A DNA stretch of 64,000 bases, from the NCBI RefSeq assembly GCF_001194135.2, contig NC_068991.1, positions 18,188,765 through 18,252,764 on the forward strand, written 5' to 3'. The translations under genes and the position numbers were made by a program. Origin of the DNA: Octopus bimaculoides (taxonomy: Eukaryota). The notes under the pieces are model-generated. The model was not told where the DNA came from, searched no databases, and saw only the letters and a list, made by a program, of their open reading frames with translations. Positions 14,470-27,264 of this stretch are shown here, piece by piece; within the stretch, counting starts at the first letter, position 1; every line of letters begins with the position of its first letter.

Positions 14470-14870
14470 CAATTAGCTAGTAATTCAGTGAATGGATCAT
14501 TTATTTGTGCAAAAGCTAAAGTCTATTTATGAACAACTTGAGAGAGATGCTCCTATTACCAATGTTAGAAAACTAGTGGAGTTTAAAGCCAGCATAGGTT
14601 GGTTCAAATCATTCAAAAAACACTTCAGTGTTCACAATGCTGAGAAGTACAGGCATGATGAAGACTGTACAGGCAAGAAACAGATTGTACTGAATTTTGT
14701 AAACTTGTGAAGGAGAGTAATTTGTGTTCTCAACAGATTTATAACTATGCCAAAGATAACATACACCACACAGGAGACCAAGTTATCTCAACATAAACTG
14801 GTGAAGGATAAGGTTAACATTACTTTTCTGCATAAATGCTTCAAGGGACTTCGAGTTTAAAAGTTAGGCT
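14470..14870 (+). pseudogene. Tigger/pogo-family transposase remnant (CENP-B-type HTH and start of the DDE region)
   Basis: ORF 14492-14710 contains FKASIGWFKSFKKHF (the FxASxGWFxxFKxR motif). Downstream frames read QQIYNYA (QIFN-like) and DRLTLLFCINAS. It has stops/frameshifts and is interrupted by a SINE at 14878. Confidence 0.7.
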
Positions 14871-14877
14871 GTTCCTA

Positions 14878-15262
14878 GTGTTGTTGGCACTCCGTCGCTT
14901 ACGACGACAAGGGTTCCAGTTGATCCGATCAACAGAACAGCCTGCTCGTGAAATTAACATGCAAGTGGCTGAGCACTCCACAGGCACATGTACCCTTAAC
15001 GTAGTTCTCGGGGATATTCAGCGTGACACAGTGTGTCAAGGCTGACCCTTTGAATTACAGGCACAACAGAAACAGGAAGTAAGAGTGAGAGAAAGTTGTG
15101 GTGGAAGAGTACAGCAGGGTTCGCCACCATCCCCTGCCGGAGCCTCATGGAGCTTTAGGTGTTTTCGCTCAATAAACACTCACAACGCCCGGTCTGGGAA
15201 TCGAAACCACGATCCTATGACCGCGAGTCCGCTACCCTAACCACTGGGCCATTGCGCCTCCA
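14878..15262 (-). mobile_element. tRNA-headed SINE, type C, full length
   Basis: Reverse complement of 60833-61219 (head ggaggcgcaatggcccagtggttaggg...gtttcgattccc, tail gacggagtgccaacaac). Confidence 0.9.
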
Positions 15263-16235
15263 CTGTCCATCCCATAACAGCAAGGAAAAAGGGACATTAG
15301 ATGGTGATTTGGATGCAAGAAAGTCATGTTGAATTAATTCCCTTCATTGACATATATGGATTGAAATTTATTAAGAGTTTAATTAAATGATTAATTCATT
15401 TGTAATTCCTTTTTTCTAAAATGAATAACTATCAGGTAATGATATATTTTATATTCATCATATCAGTTAACTTTCATAACTTTGTAAAGAAGATTTATAA
15501 ATGAAGTATGGACTTTTTTTTTATATATTTCTGTACTAAACTGTTTTCTTTCTGTGTATTTGCGTCTTTACTATTCTAATTTATTATCTGATTATAATAT
15601 TACATCAGTTTTATCATACGCACTGATTTTTAATGATAATTTGTGTTTTAGTAATCATTAAAAGAATAGTTTGAGGGGAAACTTTCACTATTCCTTAACA
15701 GTTTGGAACAAACCAACCCTAATTATATATACTTAAATTAATCTGCTAACAAAATTTTGAGGTAATAAATGAGTGTATGCTCAAAACGTAAAAGACTTTC
15801 TCACTTCCCAAACATTAAACTAATACATCTGACTGTTGTTTACACACCCGTCTTCGTCTTTTATTTTTTTGTAAATTCTCACTATATATATATATATATA
15901 CACACACACACATATATATAGCATGAACCTGATTGGTAAGATTGGCTGTGATTGATATATAATACTGCACACTTTAGATAATATGTTAGTGTGTGTAAAT
16001 ATATATACATAATACAAAAAATCTCAACCCCCAAGTCATTATCAGAAAATACCACTGCACTGCATCTCCACTAAACATGAGTGCCACTCAACTAGAGCCC
16101 TCACAGTTGCTCCATATGCTGAGCATCATCACTATCACTAAGGATCTCTCTGGGTGAAAGCATATCTTTAGCATGGCTAGCATTGCAACTCAAACACCAA
16201 CCTTTTCGTGGAGGGCCAGACTACAAATATATATA

Positions 16236-16339
16236 CGAGGGGTGTATGAAAAGTCTCGAGCCTCAAAACAACAAAACATGGTACAAGACTTCTGATGAAG
16301 GTACAAGACTTCAAGGCTCAAAGCTTTTCATACACCCCT

Positions 16340-16341
<2 letters not shown>
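16236..16341. mobile_element. 106-bp mariner-type MITE
   Basis: 28-bp TIRs: cgaggggtgtatgaaaagtctcgagcct (16236-16263) versus the reverse complement of 16314-16341, caaggggtgtatgaaaagctttgagcct. Left flank is TA, right flank TG. Confidence 0.8.
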
Positions 16342-16401
<60 letters not shown>

Positions 16402-16438
16402 TATACATATATATACATATACATATATATACATATAC

Positions 16439-16486
<48 letters not shown>

Positions 16487-16489
16487 TGA

Positions 16490-16830
16490 ACCATAGCCTA
16501 TGGTTCAGTGGTTAGAGCACTGGGCTCACAGTCATAAGGTAGAGAGTTTGATTCCTGAACTGGGCTGTGTGTTGTTCTTGAGCATGACACTTCATTTCAC
16601 GTTACTCCAGATCACTCAGCTGTAGAAACAAGTTGCAACATCACTGGTGCCAAATTGTATCAGACTCTGCCTTTCCCTTGGATAACACTGGTGGCATAGA
16701 AAGGGGAGGCTGGTGTGCATGGGCGACTGCTGGTCTTCAATAAACAACCTTGCCCAGACTTGTGCCTTAGAGAACTTACTAGGTGCAATTCCATGATGAT
16801 TCATGATTGAAGGGGGTCTTTACCCTTTAT
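16490..16830 (+). mobile_element. tRNA-headed SINE, type D
   Basis: A/B-box-like head (tggttcagtggttagagc...gtttgattcct). The tail (ctaggtgcaattccatg...gaagggggtc) matches the reverse complement of 53220-53369. Confidence 0.75.
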
Positions 16831-16976
16831 TTATATATTTGTCGTGCAGCTACTGTTTATACCTTGTTCAGAGATTTATTATTGTCTGTTTACATTTTTT
16901 CGAGATCAGTGACTTTTCGTCACTGGAAAAAGGATATATATGTATTTGCATCGGGACTCCTTCACATTGAAGACCG

Positions 16977-17035
16977 GTGATTGTCATGCGCTGACAAAGG
17001 GTAAACACCCAGAAACTCGGGTCTGTGCGTATCAC
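16977..17035 (+). ncRNA. Type I hammerhead-ribozyme-like motif (variant core) in a probable Penelope-like repeat fragment
   Basis: CUGACAA-A-GGGU-AAAC-ACCC-A-GAAA-C-UCGG-G-UC, with GUGAU (16977-81) pairing to AUCAC (17031-35). It deviates at G8 and has an extra A before GAAA. Confidence 0.6.
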
Positions 17036-17092
17036 GTCACGTTGACAATGGGAAGGATGACTTCCCTTTGCAAATACTGATAGGGCACAGAA

Positions 17093-17397
17093 GGTACGTA
17101 GCTTAGTGGTTAGGGTAATCAGCTCATGATCGTAATGTCATGTGTTTGATTCCTGGTGGCACGTTGTGTCCTTGAGCAAGACACTTTATTTCATGTTGCT
17201 CCAATTCACTCAGCTGGCAAAAATGAGTTGTACCAGTAATTCAAAGGGTCAGCTTTGTCACATTCTGTGTGACACTGAATTTCCTTGAGAACTATGTTAA
17301 GGGTATGTGTGTCTGTGGAGTTAATTTCATGAGCAGGCTGATCTGTTGATCAGAACAACTGGAACCCTCGTTGATATAACCGACAGTATGTCAGTTT
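17093..17397 (+). mobile_element. tRNA-headed SINE, type E (3' half shared with type C)
   Basis: Head gtagcttagtggttaggg...tttgattcct, core ttgtgtccttgagcaagacactttatttc, then the type-C tail aattcaaagggtcagc...actggaaccctcg. Confidence 0.75.
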
Positions 17398-17433
<36 letters not shown>

Positions 17434-17437
<4 letters not shown>

Positions 17438-17822
17438 GTATGACGTCAGCAACTGGGGAGCTGACCGCTGACCGGAACCGTGAACTGACTGGAACGGCGA
17501 GCTGTGGAAGAAGGGCAGAGGGAGCCTCGATCGGGATTTCGTGCCCTTTTCGAACGAGGTTGTTGTGAGAAGAGGACGTGCCAAGTGATCGTCTAGGTGT
17601 TGGGAGAAGCAGCTGCTATTTCTAGTGTTCTTCGGGTTGGGCCAGCCGTGAGGATCGGATACCGCAGGACAGACTCGTGCAAAGGNNNNNNNNNNGCAGC
17701 TGCTATTTCTAGTGTTCTTCGGGTTGGGCCAGCCGTGAGGATCGGATACCGCAGGACAGACTCGTGCAAAGGAAGGAAAACTGAGGTAAGCCGATTACTT
17801 CTACTCGCACGCATACACCACA
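17434..17822. mobile_element. Probable solo LTR inserted in a (TA)n tract
   Basis: GC/CpG-rich block starting TGTGGTATG and ending CATACACCACA (TG...CA, imperfect terminal inverted repeat). 17626-17685 is duplicated across a 10-N gap, probably an assembly overlap. The TSD is obscured by microsatellite. Confidence 0.55.
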
Positions 17823-17826
17823 ATAT

Positions 17827-18386
17827 CATCATCATCATCATCATCGTTTAACGTCCGCTTTCCATGCTAGCATGGGTTGGACGATTTGACTGAGGACTGG
17901 TGAAACCGGATGGCAACACCAGGCTCCAATCTAATTTGGCAGAGTTTCTACAGCTGGATGCCCTTCCTAACGCCAACCACTCAGAGAGTGTAGTGGGTGC
18001 TTTTACGTGTCACCGGCACAGGAGCCAGTCAGGTAGTACTGGCATTGGNNNNNNNNNNNNNNNNNNNNNNNNNNNNNNNNNNNNNNNNNNNNNNNNNNNN
18101 NNNNNNNNNNNNNNNNNNNNNNNNNNNNNNNNNNNNNNNNNNNNNNNNNNNNNNNNNNNCTTGCCTCACCACCTCAGCCCAGGTCTTCCTGGGCCTACCT
18201 CTTCCACGGGTTCCCTCAACTGTTAGGGTGTGGCACTTTTTCACGCAGCTATCCTCATCCATTCTCACCACATGTCCATACCAGCGCAATCGTCTCTCTT
18301 GCACACCACAACTGATGCTTCTAATGTTCAGCTTTTCTCTCAAGATACTTACACTCTGACGGGTATTCACATTGACATTACACATC
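17827..18386 (-). mobile_element. 5'-truncated RTE-clade LINE (C-terminus, 3' UTR, (ATG)n tail)
   Basis: ORF 18029-18385 reads RRLRWYGHVVRM...GRGRPRKTW, a typical RTE C-terminus. Tail aagcggacgttaaacgatgatgat. Putative TSD caatat at 17821-17826 and 18387-18392. Confidence 0.9.
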
Positions 18387-18684
18387 CAATATATATATAT
18401 ATATATAAACTTATTGGCAGTATTTTGACAGTAATTTTGCGTTGCTTTATAAATGCATGTTCTTTTAACATAATTGCATTTTATCTTATACTCTATTTTA
18501 CATTTTCCACCATTGACATTTTAGCTTCCTTCGTGTTACATGTTTTGCCAGCAATCTTCCCACATGCATTCCGTATGTATACATATGCATAAACACTATA
18601 GGAATATATAATAAAATGATATCTAATCAATGTAATCAATGCTATCTAAAAGATAGTATGCTTACACTGGTGTATATATCAAGC

Positions 18685-19050
18685 AAGGCTCTGTGGTGAA
18701 AAAGCTTACTTTCCAGCCATGGTTCAGTCCCACTGAATACCTTGGGTAAGTGTCTTCAACCAAAGCTTTGTGAGTGGATTTGGTAGAAGGAAGTCTGAGA
18801 GAAGTCTGTCATACATGTATATATGTGTGTGTGTACATGTGCATACCATTGCCTTGACATGTGATGGTTGTAAATAAGCATCACCATCATAAAAGTAATG
18901 TTGCTCATTTCCAGTTTTTTGTGAAAAAATGTCTGGCCATAGTGAAATATTACCTTGCTTGGAAACAGGTGAGGGTTGGCAATAAAAAGGATATCTGGCT
19001 GTAGAAATTCCATCTGATTCAAGGAAGCAGGAAAAAGTGGACATTAAATG
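18685..19050 (+). mobile_element. SINE with type-A head and a different, RTE-like 3' tail
   Basis: Head matches type A through gtggatttggtaga. The tail (ggaaacaggtgagggttggcaa...gtggacattaaatga) matches the minus copy at about 46990-47180. Confidence 0.7.
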
Positions 19051-21683
19051 ACAATTATCATCATTTTACATTTCCTTTCCCTGCTGGTATGGGTTAGACA
19101 GGCCATCATGATCCAGTTCAGTTCTCATTTGATATTACTACCTCTTGGACTAGTTAAAGGACCGTCTCACTCACACATTTCAATTTCCTCTTGTATAGCT
19201 TAAAATACAAGATGCCTTCCTATCACCAACGAGAAAGTACTGAGAGCATTTTATAAAAGCATTTTGTCACATCCTTGACACAATGTAGTGGTCTCTGTAA
19301 CCCCTCTTCAGTTCTCCTGGTGAACCCCGAAAGCCATTTGAAGTTTAAAAACTAGTTTTCTGGAAACTCCTTTCAAAATTCCTATTTTGTTTTTCACAAA
19401 TGTTAAAGAAAGAACCTTAGCTGTTTCTTGCAATGCATATCAATACACACATCTAAAGCAAAAGTTTTTTCAGGGGCCCTTAAAATANNNNNNNNNNNNN
19501 NNNNNNNNNNNNNNNNNNNNNNNNNNNNNNNNNNNNNNNNNNNNNNNNNNNNNNNNNNNNNNNNNNNNNNNNNNNNNNNNNNNNNNNNNNNNNNNNNNNN
19601 NNNNNNNNNNNNNNNNNNNNNNNNNNNNNNNNNNNNNNNNNNNNNNNNNNNNNNNNNNNNNNNNNNNNNNNNNNNNNNNNNNNNNNNNNNNNNNNNNNNN
19701 NNNNNNNNNNNNNNNNNNNNNNNNNNNNNNNNNNNAAATCTTATAGACCCTCAGGGACCATGTGGACCCCAGTTCAGAACCACTGGGTTAAACAAAGACT
19801 TATTGAGGCAATATTTTAACCCCTTTCATACCAACCTGCCCAAGACACTTCTACTTCTATAATACAAACTTCATGTCTAAAGTGATCTAAACATGCTTTC
19901 AAAATTTCATGTTGGTTTATGTTACAAACATCAGGTTAATAATGACAAAGTTACTTTACTAAATTCTTCATCATTTTCAAAATTAATTGAATCAAAGGCG
20001 GTGTATTTCAACAGAAATATGGTAACAAAAGAGTTAGGGGTGAATGCCATAAAATACTATTGCTTACTCACAGGTTTTTCAAATATATGCATGAGACAAA
20101 AGAACATTGTTTACAGGGAATGTAAACAACGTTCACTGCTTTGCTTCTGTATGAGGCAAAGATGTAGAATGTAAATGTCTATGTACACACACAAACATAT
20201 GTATGACGAACTTCTGTACAGTTTCCATTTATCAAATTCACATAAACTTGTGAATACAGAGCATTGATCAGTCTGAGGCTACAGTAGAAGACAGTTGCAC
20301 AAGGCTCAACACAGTGGGACTGAACCAAAACTAGGTGATTACAAAATGAACTCTGTACCTACACAGCCATAACAGTGCCTTGTGGGGCATTAAATATGAT
20401 ACATTTCAGCACCAAGTAATCACTATCACAAACACCAAGCCCAGGTAAGACACCTCACCATGCTACATAGCAACCTACCCTGCTTGAAGCAGGAGACCAA
20501 TGTCAAACATTAAACAATGATGTCACAACACCAAAGAAATCAGACAGATTTGTTGGACAGTCGTTGAACAATCTAAGCTACTACTACCAAGTGATTGATG
20601 AAATTGATCTTCTGCAGATAAAACAGAATTTGATTTCTAGTGTGATTTATTGTTGCACATACCAAACCAGGGTATGTAATGATAATGGATATATATATNN
20701 NNNNNNNNNNNNNNNNNNNNNNNNNNNNNNNNNNNNNNNNNNNNNNNNNNNNNNNTATATATATATATATATATATATGTATATACAGAAAATGCCAAGC
20801 ATTCAAAGTAGAGGACAGTGCTTGTGGAAGAGAAAGATCTAGAAACGTCATTGGCAATCTGCAAACCTGCAGGACTTTCTGAATAGCATGCTAAACAAAA
20901 AGTTATCTTGAATTTTTTTTAGTACTATGACTCATCTGATGTTGAGTCATGTCTTATGCAGTCTTCTTAAAAAAGGTTACCCATACCTGATTACAGAAAG
21001 ACATGGGACAATGTAATGAAAACTGATTTAACCTTTTTGATACTAACTCGCCTGAAACCGCCTCTGGCTCTGTAGCACAAATGTCTTGTTTTCAAAAGTT
21101 CTAAATTAAAATCTGCCATCAAGCCTGTTACAAACTGGCTTAATGATAAAGTTATTTTACTAAATATCTTTGTTATATTTAAAATTAATTGAAAGAAACA
21201 CACAGCATTTCAACAGAAATATGGTAACAAAAGGGTCAAAGATATTGACCCTTTGTAAAACAGATTGACAAAGGACCATGATAATTGACAACATACAGTG
21301 CTGGACAAAACCTGTACTCTCATGCAAATAAGGTAGAGAAAACACTAAAACAAGTAAAGAATGCAGTTGGGATGCTCTCCTTTCATTCATCCTCAACTCA
21401 CCCGTTGCTTCTATGATATTCTCTGCATCTTTCACAGTATTTATCTGCTGCTGCCCCACTCCTACCTCTTTTTTCCACACTGGCTCTTTAGCCATGGCTT
21501 CTTCACCACCTCAGCAACCCCCCAACCCCCAACTCCTCATCTTTCTTTCACTAACACTTTTTCTACAATTTCTCCAGCTCCTTATTATCCCACAGGCCCG
21601 CAAAAAGCACAGAGCAACTGGTCATAATTCTGAGAAGGAATATCAAATCAGTATTGTTTCACTCAAGCAATAATGAATGTGGA

Positions 21684-21721
<38 letters not shown>

Positions 21722-21903
21722 TACACAGACACACACACACACACACATAAACCCGTAACGGAGTGACGCTTGGCTCAGGGGAAATGTCAGCCTGCTCACT
21801 AGCCAGTGCAGTGGCATCATTTAAAAGCTACAACAATATGAGGAAGTACATGGTGACCAGCTGTATATAGCAATAATAACATTTGATAGACTGATTGGTG
21901 TAA

Positions 21904-21956
<53 letters not shown>

Positions 21957-22258
21957 GTCTCATACACACAATAAATGCTTCTTGCTGTTTCTGACTATCA
22001 GATCACCTCACAGACCAGACTGTAGTAGAAGACAACTAAAGTGAGGCTGGGGATCGAAACGCAAAAAAACCATGAGGTTGCAAGGTGAATTTCTTTAGCC
22101 TCTTAGCCATGCTTGCGTGTGTGTATACACACACATATATATACATATGTGTTAAATATGCATATGCAAACTAACACACAGTATATTATATACATATACA
22201 ATATATGTCTGCATATTTATGATAAATATTACACACACACATATACAAACATTATATA

Positions 22259-22600
22259 GGTTCCGGGTTCAGTCCCACTGTGTGGCATCTTGGGCAAGTG
22301 TCTTCTACTATAGCTTCGGGCCGACCAAAGCCTTGTGAGTGGATTTGGTATACGGAAACTGAAAGAAGCCCGTCGTATATATGTATATGTATGTGTTTGT
22401 GTTTGTCCCCCCCCCCTCGCCCAACATCGCTTGACAACCGATGCTGGTGTGTTTACGTCCCTGTAACTTAGCGGTTCGGCAAAAGAGACCGATAGAATAA
22501 GTACTAGGCTTACAAAGAATAAGTCCTGGGGTCGATTTGCTCGACTAAAGGTGGAGCTCCAGCATGGCTGCAGTCAAATGACTGAAACAAGTAAAAAAAA
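22259..22600 (+). mobile_element. SINE type A, 5'-truncated
   Basis: Begins at ggttccgggttcagtccc; the rest matches the family. Confidence 0.9.
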
Positions 22601-23111
22601 AATGCACAACATGGGCAAAGAGTAAAGAAGTTCATTTCATAACCACAAGGTCCTGTGTTCACTCCCACTACATGTCATCTGTATACAAGCCTGTCAGACT
22701 GATTTACCTGTAATGTCACAGGTCATAGCTTTGAAATGTTTAAGGGTACACATGGCCGTGGAATACGCAACCATTGATTAGACATCAATTGTGGAACATG
22801 GAATTCATCTGACCGATGAACTGTATCTTCATCATCGAACAATGGAGAATTACCATCATACATGTGTGTGTGTATATGTAATTATACAGTATACATGTTT
22901 AATATATACTTATATAATTTGTTTATATTTTACATGCACAAGCAGATTGCTGGCTGGCTGGCTGGATGGATAGCTAGATAGACAGACAGACAGACAGGTA
23001 GTTAGATAGATAGATAGATACATAGACAGAGAGACAGACATAGATACCATATGTCTGAATATATGAGTATATCCACGAGAAAAATTATGCATGTATGTGA
23101 AAAAATTTATC

Positions 23112-23153
<42 letters not shown>

Positions 23154-23455
23154 CATACACGAGGAAAATTGTATATGCGCATGTGTGTGTTTGTGTGTGT
23201 ACATCAGAGAAAGAGAGAGACAGAGAGATAAGGTATTGAAACACTGTGGATGTTGCACGGCGAGAAATTAACACTTGATGAAAGCTGGAAAGATTATGAA
23301 GACAACGACTGCTGCATGTGTGTATGTGTTCACACACATGAATGTGAGTGGGAGAGAGATAGAGAGAGGCGAAGATCGAGTGAGTGACTCACTGACATTT
23401 ATATATTTATTTATATAAATGGTTAACGGCGGAGGAGTAGACGGAACCGGCTTAC

Positions 23456-23640
23456 CGAAATCCACACTCAGAAATATCAAACTACAATGGTTATTATTAT
23501 TTCAATATTATTATTAAATTCTTATTTAATTAAAGGAAGTGTTATTATTATTATGGCACTTTCATACATTCTTATATTCCGTTTTGTTTTCCAAGCAGTA
23601 GGAGTGTCTTCTAGTGTCTACGAAACGGAGACGTCGCTTA
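23456..23640 (-). other. Candidate non-coding first exon (5' boundary approximate)
   Basis: Minus-strand donor TCG|GTAAGC at 23456/23455. The sequence is unique, CpG-retaining, and sits at the right edge of a CpG-depleted block. No ORF. Confidence 0.35.
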
Positions 23641-25301
23641 GTTTCTACATATATATACACATATAAACTGATTATTTAAAATAAAAAAAAAGGAAATTGT
23701 AAGCCTGAACATGTCCTCAAATACATCCTTATTCCCCTTATTTTGTCTGTGTGCGAGCACACACACACACACACACACATATATAATGTATGCATCATTT
23801 TATATACGTATATATTACTATATAATATACATGTGTGTGTATATATATATTCGTCAAAACATTTCATTAGTACCTTCTAAGAGAATACCTGATTTAGACG
23901 AATTATGCAGTTTGCAGTCCATGTGTATCTATTTACTACATATACATATGCACACATACATGGGTGTATATATATATTTACGTACACATGTGTGCGTGTG
24001 TGTATATATATATATATGTATGTATAAGTATGTGTATGACCGTATATATGCACCGCGTTTAAGTGTGTGACTAAAATAAGGAGCGGAATGATGAGAAGGA
24101 AAAATGATGAAAACTGAGAGAACCAGAGATGATATTTGGTCGACAAGAACTGCTGTAGCGAATAACAAATGGTGTTTATGCTGTTGAATAGTTAGTAATT
24201 CCCAAGGACCAAGGCATTAGTTGTACAGCAATGAAGCTACTAAACGACGAAGAGTGAGTGCCTCGCCTCTACAGAGCACCCACCACTAACTTTTAATTTC
24301 AATTTTAATGGTTTAGTCACACAAGGAAAGGACAGCGCCCATCAACCTTTGCAGAGTCTCGGAGAAAAAACGGGAACAAAGTTATCGTCAGATCTTGTGC
24401 ATCAGCTTGTTTCAAGCCCCCAGGTTGTGGTGTTAGACCGGGCGATCAATTACATGTACTGCATAAGAAACAGGAACGGTCCCGTTGATGGGCTTCCATA
24501 GTTTCCGTTTACGAAATTTCACTCAAAAGGTTAAGTTTAAACTCAAGACTTTGGATAAAAGATACTTGCCCATGGTCGCAAATGAGCCTGAAGCCACGTA
24601 TTTGGGATGCAAATTTCTTAAATGCACAACCACGCAATTCGTCCATGCGGAATTCTTAACCACACACACATAAACACATTTTATTCAGACGTAAGTGTAT
24701 ACAAAAGTGTGCGTGTAAAACTAGCGCTTTATATAATCTGAAGGCGTTACTCCTGCATGGCCGCAGTCCTAAGACTAAAAGAAGTGTGCGTGTGTGCAGA
24801 TATAAAAATCATCATTGTGTGTCGCACATGCATGGATGCATGTGCGTGTTTCTCACTCAACATGTATCTATCTCTCTCTCTCTTCCTCCTCTCCAATTTT
24901 TTTTTTACTGTCTAGCTCATCATTCTTTATATAACGCCCGACCTAACACTAACAACCATCTCTAATGAAAACCATTTCTCTGTGTCTTTGTAACCCACCA
25001 CCACACCTCTCTTTACTGCTTCTTTGCATCATCCTCTCTAATATTAGTTCTTGCTTTTACACACGTACACACAGAGATATTGAGTAGCCCCTAGGTCAGC
25101 ATTGTCTGAGCAGAGCTTGAATCAAAGCCTTTCCAATCGTGACCAACCAGTCATCGTTTTCTCCCAAGCACAGTGCAACTGAATCATACCATTCAATAAA
25201 TAGTTTTCTAAAATGGAAGAGTACGAGTTGGAGGTTTGGTTGCTATTTGCAAGAACCACGTAGAGGTTTCTTCCCTAGATTATGCATTATGCGCGCACGC
25301 G

Positions 25302-25334
<33 letters not shown>

Positions 25335-27223
25335 ATAAACACGCACACAAACTCGCTAGATAACACATTTTACGTGACCCCCCCTCTAATGTTTTCTCTG
25401 TAATATTTCTTCTCTTATTGAATATATGTGAACCCCCCCCTCCCACTGTAAAACTACTACAACTCTCCTTATTCTCTCTCTCTCTCTCTCCCTCACTGTT
25501 TCCCCCCCCCCACTTACAACTATAGAGAGCAATGCAACACGCTTTATTGTCGACAGACCGCCCCTCCTACATCATCTTAAATATGAAGTGTGGTGATGTT
25601 GACAATGATGATAGTGCTGGATATTCGAAACACACTACATACATATATTAGATAGATAGATAGATAGATAGATAGATGAGAAAGCAGCAGAGAGTTTCGC
25701 AGTTGTATATGCATGCACAATGTGTGAACATAATATATAGCTTATATATGGATATTACATATATAATACACACACACACGTTTCAATTTGGTGAGGTGGG
25801 GTTCTCAGTACACATACATAATAAAGTATATTCATTTAATAAATTTTCACCCAGATCGACTATACATTTCATTCTTCCGGGATCGATAAAATAAATACCA
25901 TTAGTAAAATATATATAATCTTCTAGCTGGATAGAAAACATGTGGAATATATATTCATGAGTGCGGAGTGTTTAAATGATTCTACGAGGCGTAGTTATAG
26001 CTTCAAGTCATCCCTGGTCGAGGAGACCCCGATGGATGAAATTCGTTCCCCCCTTCACGATCATCCCGTCTATCTAAGACTATACTGTCTAATGTGTCCT
26101 TCCCTTTTATTAAAAGACTGTTGGATGTATTTCGAAAGAGAGACATGAGAGCTATTTCTAGCGTAGAGATTCCCTCGCTCACTATTATAAAGAGATGTAA
26201 TAAATATATTTGTATGTGGGAATAATAATTACATGTTTTATGAATCAAAGCATGAAAGGGGGGGGGATGGCGTGTGAAAAAAAAAACCCAGATACATCAC
26301 CATTCACACTTGATTTATAGTGCGTCGGTGGTGAAGTCGGGAATTCGATTTTTAAATGGATATTTCTGTCCCCCCCCCCCACTCCTTTCCCTTCTATACT
26401 TCAAATAATAAATAAATGAATAGATAAATGCATATCAAAGAAAATAATGAACTGTAAACACTGTAATGCCTATCCGTGTGTTTATAGCTAACACATATAC
26501 ATAGTATCAGAGAGGAGTGTTTAAGAGGAAACAAACTTCAATTTCATGTAAACATTTTGTTAGATGGATACAGAAAAAAAATTTTTAAATGCAAGAACGA
26601 AGCAATTTATACATTCAGACACATGTGTGCAGGTACACACACACGCACATATATATTAAGATATATATGTGTGTGTGTGTTTTATATATGAACAATCTAA
26701 AATAGTTGCGTCTGTAGAAAAATTATGGGAGGATCTGTAAAAAAAAAAAAAAAGTGTGTCCGTGAAAATAAGTAGGCACATTTGAATGTGATGGTGCCGT
26801 GCAGTGCCCTGTAATATGTCTACAGAATTAAAAATAGATTTTTTTTCCTCAGCACAACCAACACACAAGAGACTACGACAAAAAAGAATGCTTAAAAAGC
26901 ATATATATATATATATACATATATATAGATAGATATATATATATATACATATATATAGATAGATATATATATATATACATATATATAGATAGATATATAT
27001 ATATATACATATATATAGATATATATATATACATATATATACATATATATATATACATATATATACATANNNNNNNNNNNNNNNNNNNNNNNNNNNNNNN
27101 NNNNNNNNNNNNNNNNNNNNNNNNNNNNNNNNNNNNNNNNNNNNNNNNNNNNNNNNNNNNNNNNNNNNNNNNNNNNNNNNNNNNNNNNNNNNNNNNNNNN
27201 NNNNNNNNNNNNNNNNNNNNNNN

Positions 27224-27264
<41 letters not shown>

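Noticed and set aside
16292-16300. CTGATGA inside the mariner MITE
   Set aside because: No stem II/GAAA follows; it is a chance match.
17626-17771. Tandem duplication inside the LTR (similarly 36288-36347)
   Set aside because: Identical sequence on both sides of a 10-N gap indicates an unmerged contig overlap.
21300-21620. Penelope GIY-YIG 3' end (also 33350-33680, and an I-clade zinc-knuckle-like THILLTCP near 37150)
   Set aside because: Only faint motif resemblance; needs a profile search before it can be called.
26760-26815. miRNA-like hairpin (ggcac...gtgcc)
   Set aside because: Stem too short and no conserved mature miRNA recognised; I recognised no conserved miRNA anywhere in the window.
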